From the NCBI GenBank assembly GCA_028534125.1, contig CM052816.1, forward strand, positions 19,842,001 through 19,906,000: 64,000 bases of DNA. Direction: 5' to 3'. Numbering within the stretch: the stretch's first letter is position 1; each line of letters starts with the position of its first letter. Shown here one piece after another: positions 14,716-27,959 of this stretch. The stretch comes from Lama glama. Its lineage: Eukaryota. The notes under the pieces are model-generated. The model was not told the origin of the DNA, made no database searches, and worked only from the letters and a program-made list of their open reading frames with translations. Made by a program: the position numbers and the translations under genes.

Positions 14716-15589
14716 TTGTCTAACTGGTCACCTAGATTTGGGCCTTTTCCTGCTCCAAACTCTCCTACCCACAGCTACTGTCAGCTTAATTTTCTTAAAG
14801 CACAGTTTGTCTCATATCACTCTCCTGTTCAAGATCCTTGGGTGGCTTCCTACTGTCTGCAGGACAGTGCAGAGTCCTTAGTGTAACATTCAAGGTCCTC
14901 TCCATCCTAACCTACTCATTCTCCTGTTAATCCCTTGCCTCAGCCCATAGAGCCACCTTTCTGGCCCTGCTCTTTCTTCCAAGCTTGTCTGGACTTTGTA
15001 TGTCAGCTGGGCACAGCAGAGCACACTGAAACAGCAGTGATCCTTCCCTAAGACTTTGAGCCCTTCAACAAGAGGAATGAGGAGTTGCTGCTAAAATGCC
15101 CTCTTAATTCAAGAGCCACATGTGCAGCTTGAAATGAAGAGGGTTTTGTGTGGCCTGCAGATGAAAAGAGATCCGCCAGCAGATACAACACAATAGCAGT
15201 AATGTGTAAACACGGGATAGCAGGAGAGGTGGGGCTCATGATTAATTCAAAGAAGACAGTATTTCAGTATTCCCTTGCTTTTATTCAAGCCCAAAAGACA
15301 GAGCAAGTCTGGTAAGCATTGGGGGTAGGACCATGTTTCAAAGTACCTCTCATGCTTTTCTGTTCCCATTCCTAAATAAAAACAGAGAAACACATTTGGA
15401 TTGTTCAAAAGGTCAAAAGTATCTTACTAATATGATTAAACAATGTGTGTGTTTGGATTTTGCTCCATTTCCCACAAAGAAACATCTAACCCCAAACAAA
15501 ATAAAAAGTGACTGTATTGATCGACAGCAAGAAATATTTTACTAGAAACTGTTCCCCTCTAGTGTTTCAGAGTGAAAACAGACCCTAAA

Positions 15590-18050
15590 GAACTTCTGGT
15601 TAAATGTGGCAGAAGAGCCTCTTGTGAATCTCTGTCTGCTCCCTCCCAAAGCCCTACTACAAACAACCATAAAGGAGTAAAAAGAGTTACAAATCCACAA
15701 GGTCAATAGGAACAGGGGAGGAGGTGGCAGCAGACATAGGTCAGCAGATTTTTGGAAGGTGGGAAGGGGAGAAAGGAGTGGAGAGTCACATGGCAGCATG
15801 GGGGAGGCTGAAGGCAGAAAGAGCCTCTGGGTGAGAAGCAACCTCACTGCTGGGACAGGGAGGGCAGAGCTACAAACGGGAGGACTGGAAGAGACTGAAT
15901 GATAGCACATCCCATTGGGCAGTGAGGTAGCCACACCTCACTCGCTCCTGCAGGAGACTTGAGGTGCCCACTGGGGAATATGGGTCAGATCAGCAGGTAC
16001 TGTGGAGAGTGGGTATGAAGTGCAGAATAGAAAATATGGGGAATAAATGGAAACCTAGATACTAAGAGGTAAACTCCCAGCCCTTTTTCCTTACCCTGCA
16101 TCTAGAAACCCTGGCAACCAGGCACACCCCAGGCTGGAGACTAAAGAACTCTTTTTCTGGAGAAACCGAGCAAACTCAAGGGAAAGACCTATAGTTACAG
16201 ACATGATACAGATACAGACTCCCAATAAAAAAGCCAGCTCATGACCAACCATTCTCCATAGGGAAGTCTGCTAGTAAACAAGCTCCACTCAAGCATGCTG
16301 ACCATCCAATCATTTCAGCACATGATTCTTAAACAAGGTCAGAGAACCAAGATCCCCAGATATTTAAGGAGAGCCTCAGACAGGTGTCCAGGAGGGAGGA
16401 AGAATGCATAAGTTTAGGGGAGAAAAGAAAGCTTTACAAATGTTTCAAAATCTTGAGGGAGAGAAAATAAGATTTATATCTTAAGGTTCATTTTCATGAA
16501 ATGTCAGAACACCAGGGATAAAGAAAAGATTCCAAAAGGACCCAGAAAGGAAAACCAGGTCAACTAAAAAGATCAGGGATCAGAATGACACCAGACTTCT
16601 CAGCAGCAACACTGGAAGCTGGACGATAATGGCATCACGGCTTCAGAATTCTGACTGAGAATTATTTATAGCTTAGAAATCTAAACCCAACGCATTAAGA
16701 GAAATGGTAGAATAAAAGATACTTGAAGACATGGGAGATTACAAATAATTTGTCTCTCAAGCTTCCTTTCTCAGGAAATTCTTTACGCAAACAAAAGAAT
16801 AATCCAAGTATGAGGAAGACATATCCAGGAGAGGGCAAAGGGATTCCCCAGGATGATGGCGAAGGAGACCCTGGATGACAGGAGGGCAGTAGGCCTAGAG
16901 CTGAGAGTTCCCCTCTGAGCCAGAGACTAGGGGACTTCAGGACAGAAATGGGCCAGACAGATTAACCAACAGGTGTGACTAGGTTGAAAATTATGTTGAG
17001 AGGCTATTAAATGGTTGTGAAAATTAATAATAAGTTTATCAAAAACTGAGTAAACAAAAAAATCTGAGGCAATTGTTACTTACAGAAAGCCCCATAATGC
17101 AAAAACTGTAAAAGGAAATGAATGCCACACGGAAAAACTTACAGAGCCATAATAATGTAAACACAGATTACTGATTTAACCAAGGTCTGTGATAAACAGT
17201 GTTGTAAAGCTGGGAGAAAGGGAAGGAGGATGTAGGTGGTGGGGGTAAAAGAAGCCAATCCTCATCTTCCATGAGTGCAAGAAAATGGGTAATGTTTAAA
17301 ACTGCCAAATCAACAAAAGAGCACTATAAAACAAATTATTTGGAAAAATGGGGGTGGAGGTTAAAATTGGGAGAAACAACTGAAAGAGTTGTCGACTCAA
17401 ATAAAATCACACAACATGAGAGTTGTGGGTTGAGTTTTATTTGGAACAAAATGAGGACTGTAGCCTGGAAGACAGCATCTCGGATAGCTCTGAGGAACTG
17501 CTCCAAAGAGGCAAGGGGAAAACTCAGTATTATATATAATTTTAGTGAAGGGCATATGTGCAGTAAAAGCACACATCTAGGCAGAGGCTTGCTGCTGGTC
17601 ACAAGGAGCAGATGTCACTGTTAGTGATTTTAGTGCTTTTCTAGATATGAGGAGATGCAAGAATTTGGTCATAAAATCTTCTGAAAATATCTATCTGAAG
17701 GCCTGTTCTACCAGTTTTCCCAGAGGACAGAGTGCCTCATTCCTGATCTCTACCCTGAACTCCTTTCAGGGAGTGTTGGAGGTCAGTGGCGGCAGCAGCT
17801 TATGATTTAATCCAAGAAGAGTTAGATGGCAAGTGCCAATGTGATCCAATCCTTCTAGAGGCAGATGGCAAGTGCCAATTTTTAGTTGGCAGAGTTGAAC
17901 TGGGTACCTCTGGGCATCAGACTGGAGGTAGGGTTTGAGTGGGATAGGAGACTGTTATTTTTCACCATGTGCCTTTTAGTACTATTTGACTTTTTAAGTT
18001 TTTGCAAGTACGTATGTTATTTTTATAAAAATAAAAAATAATTTTAAAAG
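15590..18050 (+). mobile_element. Ancient HAL1/L1M-type element (degenerate ORF1, A-rich 3' end, no ORF2 seen), split by a solo LTR
   Basis: Sequence from ~16540 reads IRMTPDFSAATLEA, resembling the L1 ORF1p motif IRLTADFSAETLQA; purine-rich strand bias; A-rich tail near 18025-18050. Confidence 0.6.
17390..17891 (-). mobile_element. Solo LTR, ERV1-class, 502 bp
   Basis: TG...CA termini (tgtcgact / agttggca), exact 4-bp TSD GAGT at 17386-17389 and 17892-17895, minus-strand AATAAA near 17436. Confidence 0.85.
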
Positions 18051-18223
18051 ACAAATTAATAGAAAATATCTTAAATTGACAAAAATAAAAATTTTCAAAG
18101 TGTTAGATATTCATTAATTACATCTCTGTGATTTGTTTCTGTCCTGTTGATCTTCCTCACCATTTAGTCATTCATTCACTCATTTCCTTTCAAAGTCTTA
18201 AATACTGATTGGAAAAATGTGGT

Positions 18224-18334
18224 AGGTTGCCAGAGAAAATACATTTGAGATACTCTTACACTAAACAATTATTTATTTATCTGAAATTCAAATTTAATCG
18301 AGGTCCCAGTATTTTTTTTAAAATTTGGCACCCT
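18224..18334. mobile_element. MER53-like non-autonomous hAT element, internally deleted
   Basis: aggttgccaga...tttatctgaaattcaaatttaa...tggcaccct with inverted termini. Confidence 0.7.
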
Positions 18335-19505
18335 AAAATGTGGGCTCTCCTTTCACTAGTCCCACAAGTTAGTCCTATGGCTAAAGAGAGAGTAAAACCA
18401 GAAAGTTTGTCTGCAATTAATATTCAGCGTGGGAGAATGAATAGCAACTGACAAAACTTCCTGGTCAGATGCTGAGAAATCATTTGGTATCTAGTCATGG
18501 TGTGGTCCATCCAGGCCCTGGCTAGTCTGGGTGCACCTAGAAGTATTAAAAGAGTGCACTTCTTGCCCTGTGACTGGCAGCAGGGTCCACCCTAGGCCCA
18601 ACACCCCCAGGCCTTCTCCTTCCATCTGTCCCTCAGGGCACAGGAGCTGAGCCCAGGGCTCTTGACAGTCATCATCATCCCTTCACTGCATTTTCTTTCT
18701 TGAGAAAGGGCAGGGCCAGATAAACAGCAACCTCAATTTAGGTGAATTCCAGAGTGGAACCATTTCCGTATCACCCTCTCGTGCTTTTTATTGAAAAACT
18801 ATCTCTTTAAGCAAATTTCTTACACAGAAAGTGTACAGTGTGCTTACTAAAGAGTTTCACTCACAAAGGAGGATTTTGTTCTTGAACTGTGGGGAAATCC
18901 TTTACCACCACTAACTAATGACAGGAATGTAATCATTTTCTCCCTTTTGTGCAGGGAAAACTGTTCTTTGGGGTTAACAGAATTAATAAAAAGGATATGT
19001 GAGTTCTCCTGAAGCCTAAAATTATCTCTGGAATATATAAATACATAATTTGGAAATATATTTACATCAATGTATATAGAGAAAGAGAAATAGCTAAAAT
19101 CTGGATATTAAAAAATGAGTAAGAACACAAATGTAAAGCATTTTTGTTGTTTTGTTATTAATTATTCCTTATGTGAGTAGATGTCAAAGGTAGCCAGGTA
19201 AGCAACAGGTTTCAGAAATCCAACTGGGATTAAGATGATTAGTCACAGGGTCCTATTCTGCAAAACTAAAAGAATAAACAAAAGAATTTGCTTTTCTTAA
19301 ACATTTTCAAGGCTTTCTAAAAACAAGTAGCTGTGGTCATATTTTTTTAATTATAAAATATTTAATTATGTAGCTAGTTCAATCATGAATTTATTGTAGA
19401 TGTGAGATGACTGGGAGTAGCTTGGTTCAACCCAAGGAAGCATTTTGTATTTTTCACACATCTCTAATTGTTTTAAAATTCTTCTATTTAAAGATGAAAT
19501 CTAAT

Positions 19506-19700
19506 AAAGTAAACAACAAGGTCCTAATGTATAGCATAGGGAACTATATTCAATATCTTTAATAACCTATTGTGAAAAAGAATATATATATAATGTCTAA
19601 ATTAATCATTATGCTGTATACCAGAAATTAACACAACATTGTAAATCAACTACAATTTTTTAAAAAAGTAAATCATATCTGCAAAACAATAAATAAAAAA
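19506..19700 (+). mobile_element. 5'-truncated cetartiodactyl-type L1 3' end with TSD
   Basis: aacaacaaggtccta..gtatagcatagggaactatattcaa motif, A-rich tail, 17-bp TSD taaagatgaaatctaat (19489-19505) / taaagacgaaacctaat (19701-19717). Confidence 0.85.
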
Positions 19701-22528
19701 TAAAGACGAAACCTAATTTTATATAGCTCTCACTCTTTGGCCTTTATCCTTGCCTTGAAAAGCTATGAAGAATGAGCCATTGCCTACAAAACAGCCCTTC
19801 AAAGATCTTAAGACAGTCAAAGGGCCTCTTCAACTGTGTCCTGTGCTCCCATGTAACCTGGTCTCCGGCTCCCCTCCTCCATCTCCTTCCTTATAAGCAC
19901 TTTAGTTCATCGATGCTGTGCTTAAAATAAGGCACTCAGACTGAACTCCTGGTATGGCCTGAGGCGTACAAAATAGCAAAGAACTATTACTTTCTGTGAT
20001 CCAAACGCTGAACATCCATTCAGTTAGGTAAAAGCAGCCACTCAACTACTGTTATAAGAACTTCAATCTTAAGATTTCTGACAGAGAAATCTCTAATTCA
20101 ACATAAAAAAAAAGCTTGGGGTTACATTTACAACAGGTTAAAACATTCATGCATTTTGATACAGAAACGCCATCTTATATGAATATAAATAATAGATTTA
20201 CAAACTTTTGCAAAACAGAGGCTAACCTGATTTTAATCTTTACTACATTTGCTGTAAGGAACGAGGTAACTTCCTGCAGGGGGAAACCTTTGGGGAATGT
20301 AATTTCCACTGCCTTGTGATGTTAATTTGAGGCAATTATCATAAGCAGGCTTTAAAGAGTTTTGCATATTATTTGCCCCTGTGAGAGCTCAGTGTTGTTG
20401 GCTAGTCGGGACTCAGGAGAAGCCCTTGGAGAGGAATATTTGGAATTTAGACACTTTTTAATAACCATGGATCCCAAGGCTTCAAAGCTTTTAGTGTTTT
20501 CCAGCTTTGCCTGGGAAAACCTTCCTCTGCACAGGCTGGGAAACCACCTCCAAGAGCTTCAAGAGCTCTCTCCACTTGGTATTTTCAATGCACCTCTATT
20601 TTTCCAAGGCAAGTTGTGTAAGAATAAAACTGCTTCTCCAGTCCATGTGGCTATTTTGGAACAGTTTTGTCATTTATAGAGTGAAAGTAGGTATTTTTTT
20701 CCCCTTTGAAATCTCCAGGACCACTACGAATTTAGGTTATTTGCTGAGCTTGTCCGAGGCGGGAAGAAAAAGGAAACCCTGGGGTCCATGGTTCCCTGTT
20801 CTCATCTGAGTGCCCACTAGGAGGCCTTCTTGAGTCATCCTCAGGAGTGTTTACACCTGTCAGATTGGCCCCCCTTTTCAAGACCAAAAATCAGAACAAA
20901 ATAGCAGAAGGTGCTGGAGGGTAAATAAGGACTAACTGTTCTTCCAACTTGATGCCTCTGTGCCAGGGCCTTTGGGCCTGGGGCTCCCTACAGAGCATTG
21001 GCCACAGAGTTGGGGTGCTGCACAAGGAAAAGGAAGGTTTTGCTCAAGAGAGTCTGGAAATGTAAGAATGTGTGAGCAGTGATTGCAGTAACTGTTCACC
21101 GGCTTTAAAGAGGAAGCCTGTGGCAGATAGGAATGGAAACATAGGTACACATTTTCTACCGAGTACTTTGGTAAAACACTGTAAAAGCTTTAAAGTGTGC
21201 GTGCCTTTTTTAACCAGGAATTTCACTTCAAGGAATTTGTCAGAAAGAAAAAAAACAAAACAAAACTGAATGTCCCTAGAGATTTGGCTGAAAGGATGTC
21301 TCAGTGGCACTGATTAATATTTTTTGTTATTATTTAAAAATAGGAAAACGTTCCATTTCAGAAGGAACATGGCAGCAGTTTAGCTCTGAGTTGTCTCACA
21401 CTCAACAAGGACAAAAACAAATCTGTCAACACATATTTGGTGAAACCAGGAGAAAAACACAAACTGCAAAATATTGTTAAGAGCTGCCAGGGCAGTAAAC
21501 CTGGTGAAAAACCTTGAGTGATGGAGGAATGTAGAGCCTCAGAGAGCTCAGGAACCTCCAGCAAAGATTCCCTTCCAGAAGGGAGGGATACCACTCTGAA
21601 AGGGAACTATGAGAACAAGGCCTAAACCGAACAAAGCAAGATTGCTGGGGACAGTGAAAAGTCTTGGAAAGCGTTGGAAAAAAACAAAACTTTAAAAAGT
21701 GGGTCCATTCTCTTGGAAACAAAGGCTGTAAAGAAATCTGGGAAACAGAGATGGACAGAGAGGCTTTCCTCAACCAAGCTCCAGAATTCAGAGAAGAGAT
21801 CTCACAGAGTATGTGTCTGAGGTCCATCACTCTGGCAACAGACAGTTCCCTGGGCCCCACCTCTCCACCCCTCTACCAGTTCTCCAGAGCAAGCATCACT
21901 ACCACAGTGAAGCAACACCTGCAAGATCCTCAAAGGAAGGAAAGTATGGGCCAAGAATTCTACCCAGCCAAACTGATCTTCAAGTATAAAGACAACATTT
22001 AAAAATCTGTAAGAAATCAAGGAACACTATTTCTCATGAACCCATTCAAAGGAACCTATTAGAACCGTGGAACACCAATCTTAGCACCCCTGAGCAAGCC
22101 TGAGGAAATCAGGATAAAAGGATCTTCCTCAACCATCGAATATATTTAACTGTAGAAATAAGAGTAAAACAAATATAGACATTAGAGTGACAGATCAGAA
22201 TGCAGATATTACATGCCTTACTTAATATTGTAGGCATTTCTCATTACTAATAAATAATTGAAGATGAAAGTGAGAAGAAAGGAATAAGAATGAGTTTACT
22301 AATCACCTCAAATCACTGGATTCAAAGGATAATATTTCCAAATCAAGTAGAAGCTTATGCATACTCAACCTAAGCACTAAGATTGATCATTCTATTGACT
22401 GAATGATGGAAGAGAGGAGAAGGGAGAGGATGAGATTACAAGGTAATTATATTGTTGCTCATAGTAGGAATCAAAATACAATCCCAAGAAAAAGTGGATC
22501 AAGGGTATTTTATAAAGGTAACCTCTAG

Positions 22529-22670
22529 GTCATGTGCTGTCTCTCTTGCCTTCGGAGACAGCCTGCACCCTGTCTATGGAGTGTGTGTCTACCTTTACTT
22601 TAAGCAAGCCCCCCTTCCTGGCCCCGTGTACATCTCTCTAAATAAATCTACTTTTACTCATTAAAAAAAA
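22529..22670 (+). mobile_element. Poly(A)-tailed retro-insert resembling the 3' (R) end of an LTR transcript
   Basis: Perfect 15-bp TSD aaaggtaacctctag (22514-22528 and 22671-22685), AATAAA 22641-22646, A tail from 22663. Confidence 0.8.
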
Positions 22671-22704
22671 AAAGGTAACCTCTAGAATAAAAATACAAAC
22701 CTTC

Positions 22705-23844
22705 TGAAAAAGAACAAAGCTGAAGGCATAACCAACCTAGACTTCAGACACGACTACAAAGCTACAGTAATCAAAACAGCATGGTATTGGCACAAAAACA
22801 GACATATGGATCAATGGAACAGAACAGAAAGCCCAGAAATAAAACCACACACCTATGACCAATTAATCTTCGACAAAGGAGGCAAGACTACACAGTGCAG
22901 AAAAGACAGTCTCTTCAGCAAGTAGTGTTGGGAAAGCTGGACAGCTGCATATAAATCAATGAAGTTAGAACACTCCATTACACCATATACAAAAATAAGC
23001 CATAAAAAGGAATGAAATAATGTCACTGGCAGCAATATGAATGGACCTAGAGATTACCATACTAAGTGAAGTAAGTCAGTCAGAGAAAGACAAATATCAT
23101 ATGATATTACTTATAAGTGGAATCTAAAAAAATGACACATACCAACTTATTTACAAAACAGAAAGAGACTCATAGACATAGAAAAAAAACTTAAGGTTAC
23201 CAACAGGGAAGTGGAGAGGGGAGAATAAACTGGGAGTTTGGAATTAGCAGATACAAACTACTACGTACAGAATAGACAAACAACAAGGTCCTACTGTATA
23301 GCACAGGGAACTATATTCAACAACTTGCAGTAACCTGTATGAAAAAGAATATATATATATATATTCCTGAATCACTATGTTGTACAACAGAAACTAATAC
23401 AACATCGTAAATCAACTACACTTTAATTTTAAAAATGGAGAAAAAATAATAAATGCTGGGGAGGATGTGGAGAAAAGGGAAGCCTCCAACACTGTTGGTG
23501 GGAATGTAAATTGGTGCAGCCACTATGGAAAACAGTATAACTGCATCATTATGCTGTACAGAAACTAACACAATACTATAAATCAACTATACTTCAATTA
23601 GAAAAAAACAACAAACCCCCCAAACTAGTGTATCTAAAATAGATAAACAACAAGGTCCTACTGTATAGCACAGGGAACTATATATTCAGTATCTTGTAAT
23701 AAACCATAAAGGAAAAGTATATAAGGAAGAATATATATACATATATGTGTAACTGAATCACTCTGCTGTACGCCAAAAACTAACACAACATTTTAAATCA
23801 ACTATACATCAGTACAAAATAATAATAAAGAAATAAATACAATC
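22705..23844 (+). mobile_element. Composite younger L1 insertion (ORF2 pieces plus three stacked 3' ends)
   Basis: ORF2 remnant (aaagctacagtaatcaaaacagcatggtattggcacaaaaacagac), repeated L1 3' UTR ends, flanking repeat aaaaatacaaaccttc at 22689-22704 and 23851-23866. Confidence 0.85.
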
Positions 23845-24435
23845 CTAGAAAAAAATACAAACCTTCCTAAATATCTGAACTACATTAAGGAAAATTGTGA
23901 ATCACTATATTGTACACCTGTACCTTACATAATATTGTACATCAACTATACTTCAGTTTTAAAAATAAATAAAATAAAAATTTTAAAAAGAGAAAGGGCA
24001 AATACAAAAATACATAAGAAAACACAACATAAAATAACATGACAGAATTGAAGCCAAATATATCTGTCATCTCAATAAATATAAGTAGGTTTAACTCATC
24101 TATTTTTAAAATGGTTTTCAAAATAGATTGCAAAGCCCAATCCAAGCCTAGGCTGTATACGTCTAAGATAAAATGATTCAGAAAGATTAATAGTGAAAGG
24201 ATGGGCAAAGAAAAGCATACCAGAAAAATATAAACATTAAAAATCTTAATATCTGACACCAGGGAATTCAGGACAAAAAGCTTTAAACAAGATAAGGAGA
24301 AGTACTTTTTGATGCTAAAGGCTACAATTCGCCATGAAAGTTTAAGTTATAAGATATCTATGTACCAAATAATATTACAGGAATTTTCACATTAATAGAA
24401 CTATAGAGATAAAGGAGATTTAGACAAAGACATAC

Positions 24436-25055
24436 TGTGACAGGGCCCAGCTGTAAGGCCATGTAAGAACACAGGATTGGAAATATACTACACGTAGCCA
24501 ATACTCAATTCACCAATCACTTGGTTTACTGCACACAATTAGTGCACAACAGGTTGGTCAAAGAAGTAAATATAGAAGAGGGGTAGTGAACCACCGCAAG
24601 GGGAAGTCCCAGAAGGAGACATCTCAGCAGCAGTCCCCAGTCCCTTCAACTGGTCTCTGCTCAGTCTCCAGCAGTGTCAATTTGGAACAGCTCTCAGCAG
24701 TGTGGAGTTGGGTGCTCTAGCAAAAAGTCTTCAAGTCGCCTGACTCAATGGTCTTATTTTAAGGACTCCACCAATATAGGGTATAAGGGTTACACCCCAG
24801 GGGGTCTTGTCTCTACTGGTTGTTCCAGTGAAGTCTTTCTACAGATGTTACAAACAAATTCCTCACCTAAAGTAACCTGTAATTTCTCACTCTAGAACAT
24901 TCACAGATCTACATCAGACATTTCAAAACAACTAATGTGGAATAATAACATTGGCCAATGTGACTCCATTTAGAAGTACTGAACATAGCTTAAATTCTAT
25001 GAGTTACTAACATGGTAAGCAGGAATCATAACACAAAAGAAACCACATCATAACA
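24436..25055. mobile_element. Probable solo LTR of unrecognised family inside the old L1
   Basis: About 620 bp of non-L1 composition with TG...CA ends (tgtgac / ataaca) interrupting L1-like sequence; TSD only degenerate (catac/cacat). Confidence 0.4.
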
Positions 25056-25601
25056 CACATTAATAATAAAAGATTTGATTTCACCTTTCCCAATCTAAAA
25101 CAGATCAAGTGGTCAAATTAAGGAGGATGTGGAAGTCCAAACAATACAATCAAAAAGGCAGATATTATTGATATACATCAGATATTGGGCCCTGAGAATA
25201 GAGAACATACTTTCTTCTCAAGTGCTCTGGGAAATTCCTGCATACACACAAGATTATAAGTCAGGCCTCAAACCAAACTTCATTAAATTTCCACAGTAAA
25301 AATAACATAGAAACCATTCTATGATAACACAATAAACACAGACATTTATAACACATTCTGAAAACAAAAAAAAGTGCCTTCCTATTTGGGTGTGTGTGGG
25401 AGGTCTATATTAAGTAATTCCATGATCAAACAGAATATAGACATTCAATAATGCAGAATTTCTAGAAAACAATAATAAAGAATGTACCATACAGAAGAAC
25501 CAATGTGTACAGCTAAAGTAGTACACAAAGGAAAATTCATAGCCTTAAACAATCACATAAACATAAAAGAAAGAAAAATAAGTGAATTAAACAGCTGGCT
25601 T

Positions 25602-25775
25602 GGCAGGGGTGGAGTACAGTTCAGTGGTACAGTATGTGTTTGGCATGCATGAGGTCCTGGGTTCAATCCCCAGTACCTCTATCTAAAAAATAAAATCAAA
25701 ATAAATAAATCTAATTACCTTCCCCCTACCAAAACAAACAAAAAACAAACAAAAAACAAACAAAAAAACCCCCCA
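25602..25775 (+). mobile_element. tRNA-derived SINE (camelid vic-1 type)
   Basis: Pol III A box (cagttcagtggta) and B box (gggttcaatccc), then cagtacctc, AT-rich spacer, ctaattacctt-C run, A-rich tail. Confidence 0.85.
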
Positions 25776-26405
25776 GCCAGCTCAAAAAGCTAGAAAAATA
25801 ACTGAAATAAAACCAAAAGAAAGCAAAGGAAAAATTTAATCAAGATAAATACAGAAATAAACCAGTTAATATAACAAAAATAAAATAGAACTTATAAATA
25901 AATGAGCTTGTTCTTAGAAAATCATCACTAAATAAGGTAACTTACAAGCTAAATTAACCATTAAAAAAAAGGAGAGGAAATGTACAAATACCCCAAATAA
26001 GAAATTACAAGTGAGAGTCAAGCAAACACTAGAAAATAAAATGAAACAAAGAAAAACAAAAAACTATGAGAATAACTTATACAATTTTATGCAAATCAAT
26101 TTGAAAACCTATATGAAATGTATAATTTTATCAGAAAACTACAGCTAGAAAACCAAAATAGACCAATTTGCATAAAATAATTTATTAGAATAATTTTAAT
26201 AAGATAAAATATTGTGCAGAAATATGAATGTAATATTATACAAATTACAATAAATAATTAGGTAATTTTTAAAAACTAATTTAATAGAATTCATCAAATA
26301 TTTACCTTTCACCTCCTCAAAAAACCCAAGAAACACGAGGCCCTTTTTTTCACAGGGGAATTCTACAAATCTACTAACCTTTAAAGAACAGATGATTCCA
26401 ATGGT

Positions 26406-26564
26406 TTTTTTGGGGGGGAGGGATAATTAGGTATTTATGTATGTATGTATGTATGTACGTATGTATGTATGTATTTATTTATTTAATGGCAGTACTGGGG
26501 ACTGAACCCAGAACCTTATGCATGCCAAGGACAAACTCCCATCACTGAGCATTACCCTCCCCCT
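26406..26564 (-). mobile_element. tRNA-derived SINE (vic-1 type) with internal (TATG)n
   Basis: Reverse copy of the same SINE; TSD ttccaatggt at 26396-26405 and 26565-26574. Confidence 0.85.
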
Positions 26565-26861
26565 TTCCAATGGTATTTAAAATGCTCTACAGCCTAGAAA
26601 AAGAAAAAGAGCTTGTAAATTATTTTTATAAAACAAATACAAGTACATTGATACCAAAATATAATAAGGATGACAAGAATAAAGGAATAAAAGGCCAATT
26701 TCATTTATAAATATCAATGCAAAAACCCTAAATAAAATTTTGGCAAACAGAATCCAAAAGTACACTTAAAGAATAATAATTGGGGCCAGATGGAGTTCAT
26801 AACAGATAGAGAAATAAGTTTCAATATATAAAATCTACTAATATAAATCACCATATTGATA

Positions 26862-27959
26862 AACAGTTTATACTGTATAGCACAGGGAACCTATAATGAA
26901 AAAGAATAAGTCTATTTCTAGGTATTTTGTTGTTTTTGTTGTAATGGAAATGTTTCTGCCAGTTACAAAATTCTGGGTTTTGAAGTTAAAAAAAAGTAAA
27001 TGAAGGGCCACAAATGGCAAAATATCCTTCTTTTTTATGAGTGAGTTGTATTCCATTATGTATATATATGCTGCATCTTCATTATCTATTCAACTATTGA
27101 TGTGCACTTAGGATGCTTCCATATCTTGGCAATTATAAATAATGTTGCTGTTAATAACAGGGTGTATGTATCTTTTTGAATTAATTCTTATTTTGTGGTT
27201 GGCTTTATTCCTTTGATAACTATCTAAGTTTAAAAAGCTAAAGCTCTAAATGTTCTTAGAAACAAAGAACAGTACATACATGTAAATTAAAAAATATATG
27301 TGCAGTAAAAAAAAAGGATCTATCAAGCCATGAACGACATGGAAGAAACTTAAAAAAGACATACTACTAAATGAAAGAAGCCAGTCTGAAAAGGATACAA
27401 ATTGTTTAACCAAATGACATTCTAGAAAAGGCAAAGCTACAGAAACAATAAAAAGATCGTGGTTTCCAGGAGTTTGGGGAGAGGGAGGAAGGGAGGAATG
27501 AATAGATGGAGCACAAGGGATTTTTAGGGCAATGAAATAATTCTGTATGATACTATAGTGGTAGCTACATGTCATTACGCCTTTGTCAAAACCCATGGAA
27601 TGGACAACATCAAGAGTGAACCCTAATGTAAACTATGGACTTTGGTTGATAATAATGTGTTTAGGTTGGTTCATTGATTGTACCAAATATGCCACACTGA
27701 TGAGGGATGTTGAGGGTAGGGGAGTATATATGCGTGGGTGTGGAGGGCTATATGTGAACTCTCTGTAGTTTCTGCTCAACTGTGCTATGAACCTGAAACT
27801 GCTCTAAAAGAATAAAGTCTATTAAAAAAAAAGAAAATGAATACATGTATGTACATATATATGACTGAAACATTATGCTGTACACCAGAAATTGACACAA
27901 CACTGTAAACTGACTATACTACAATTTAAAAGTAATCATAAATTTTTTAAATAAAGAAA
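26862..27959 (+). mobile_element. Young L1 3' end split by a ~925-bp mosaic segment that ends in an L1MC1-like 3' end
   Basis: 17-bp TSD aaatcaccatattgata (26845-26861) / aaatcaccatattaata (27960-27976); L1 halves at 26862-26908 and 27833-27959. Confidence 0.75.

Noticed and set aside
25602..25680. tRNA-like sequence with A and B boxes
   Set aside because: It is the head of a SINE with tail and multiple diverged copies, not a tRNA gene.
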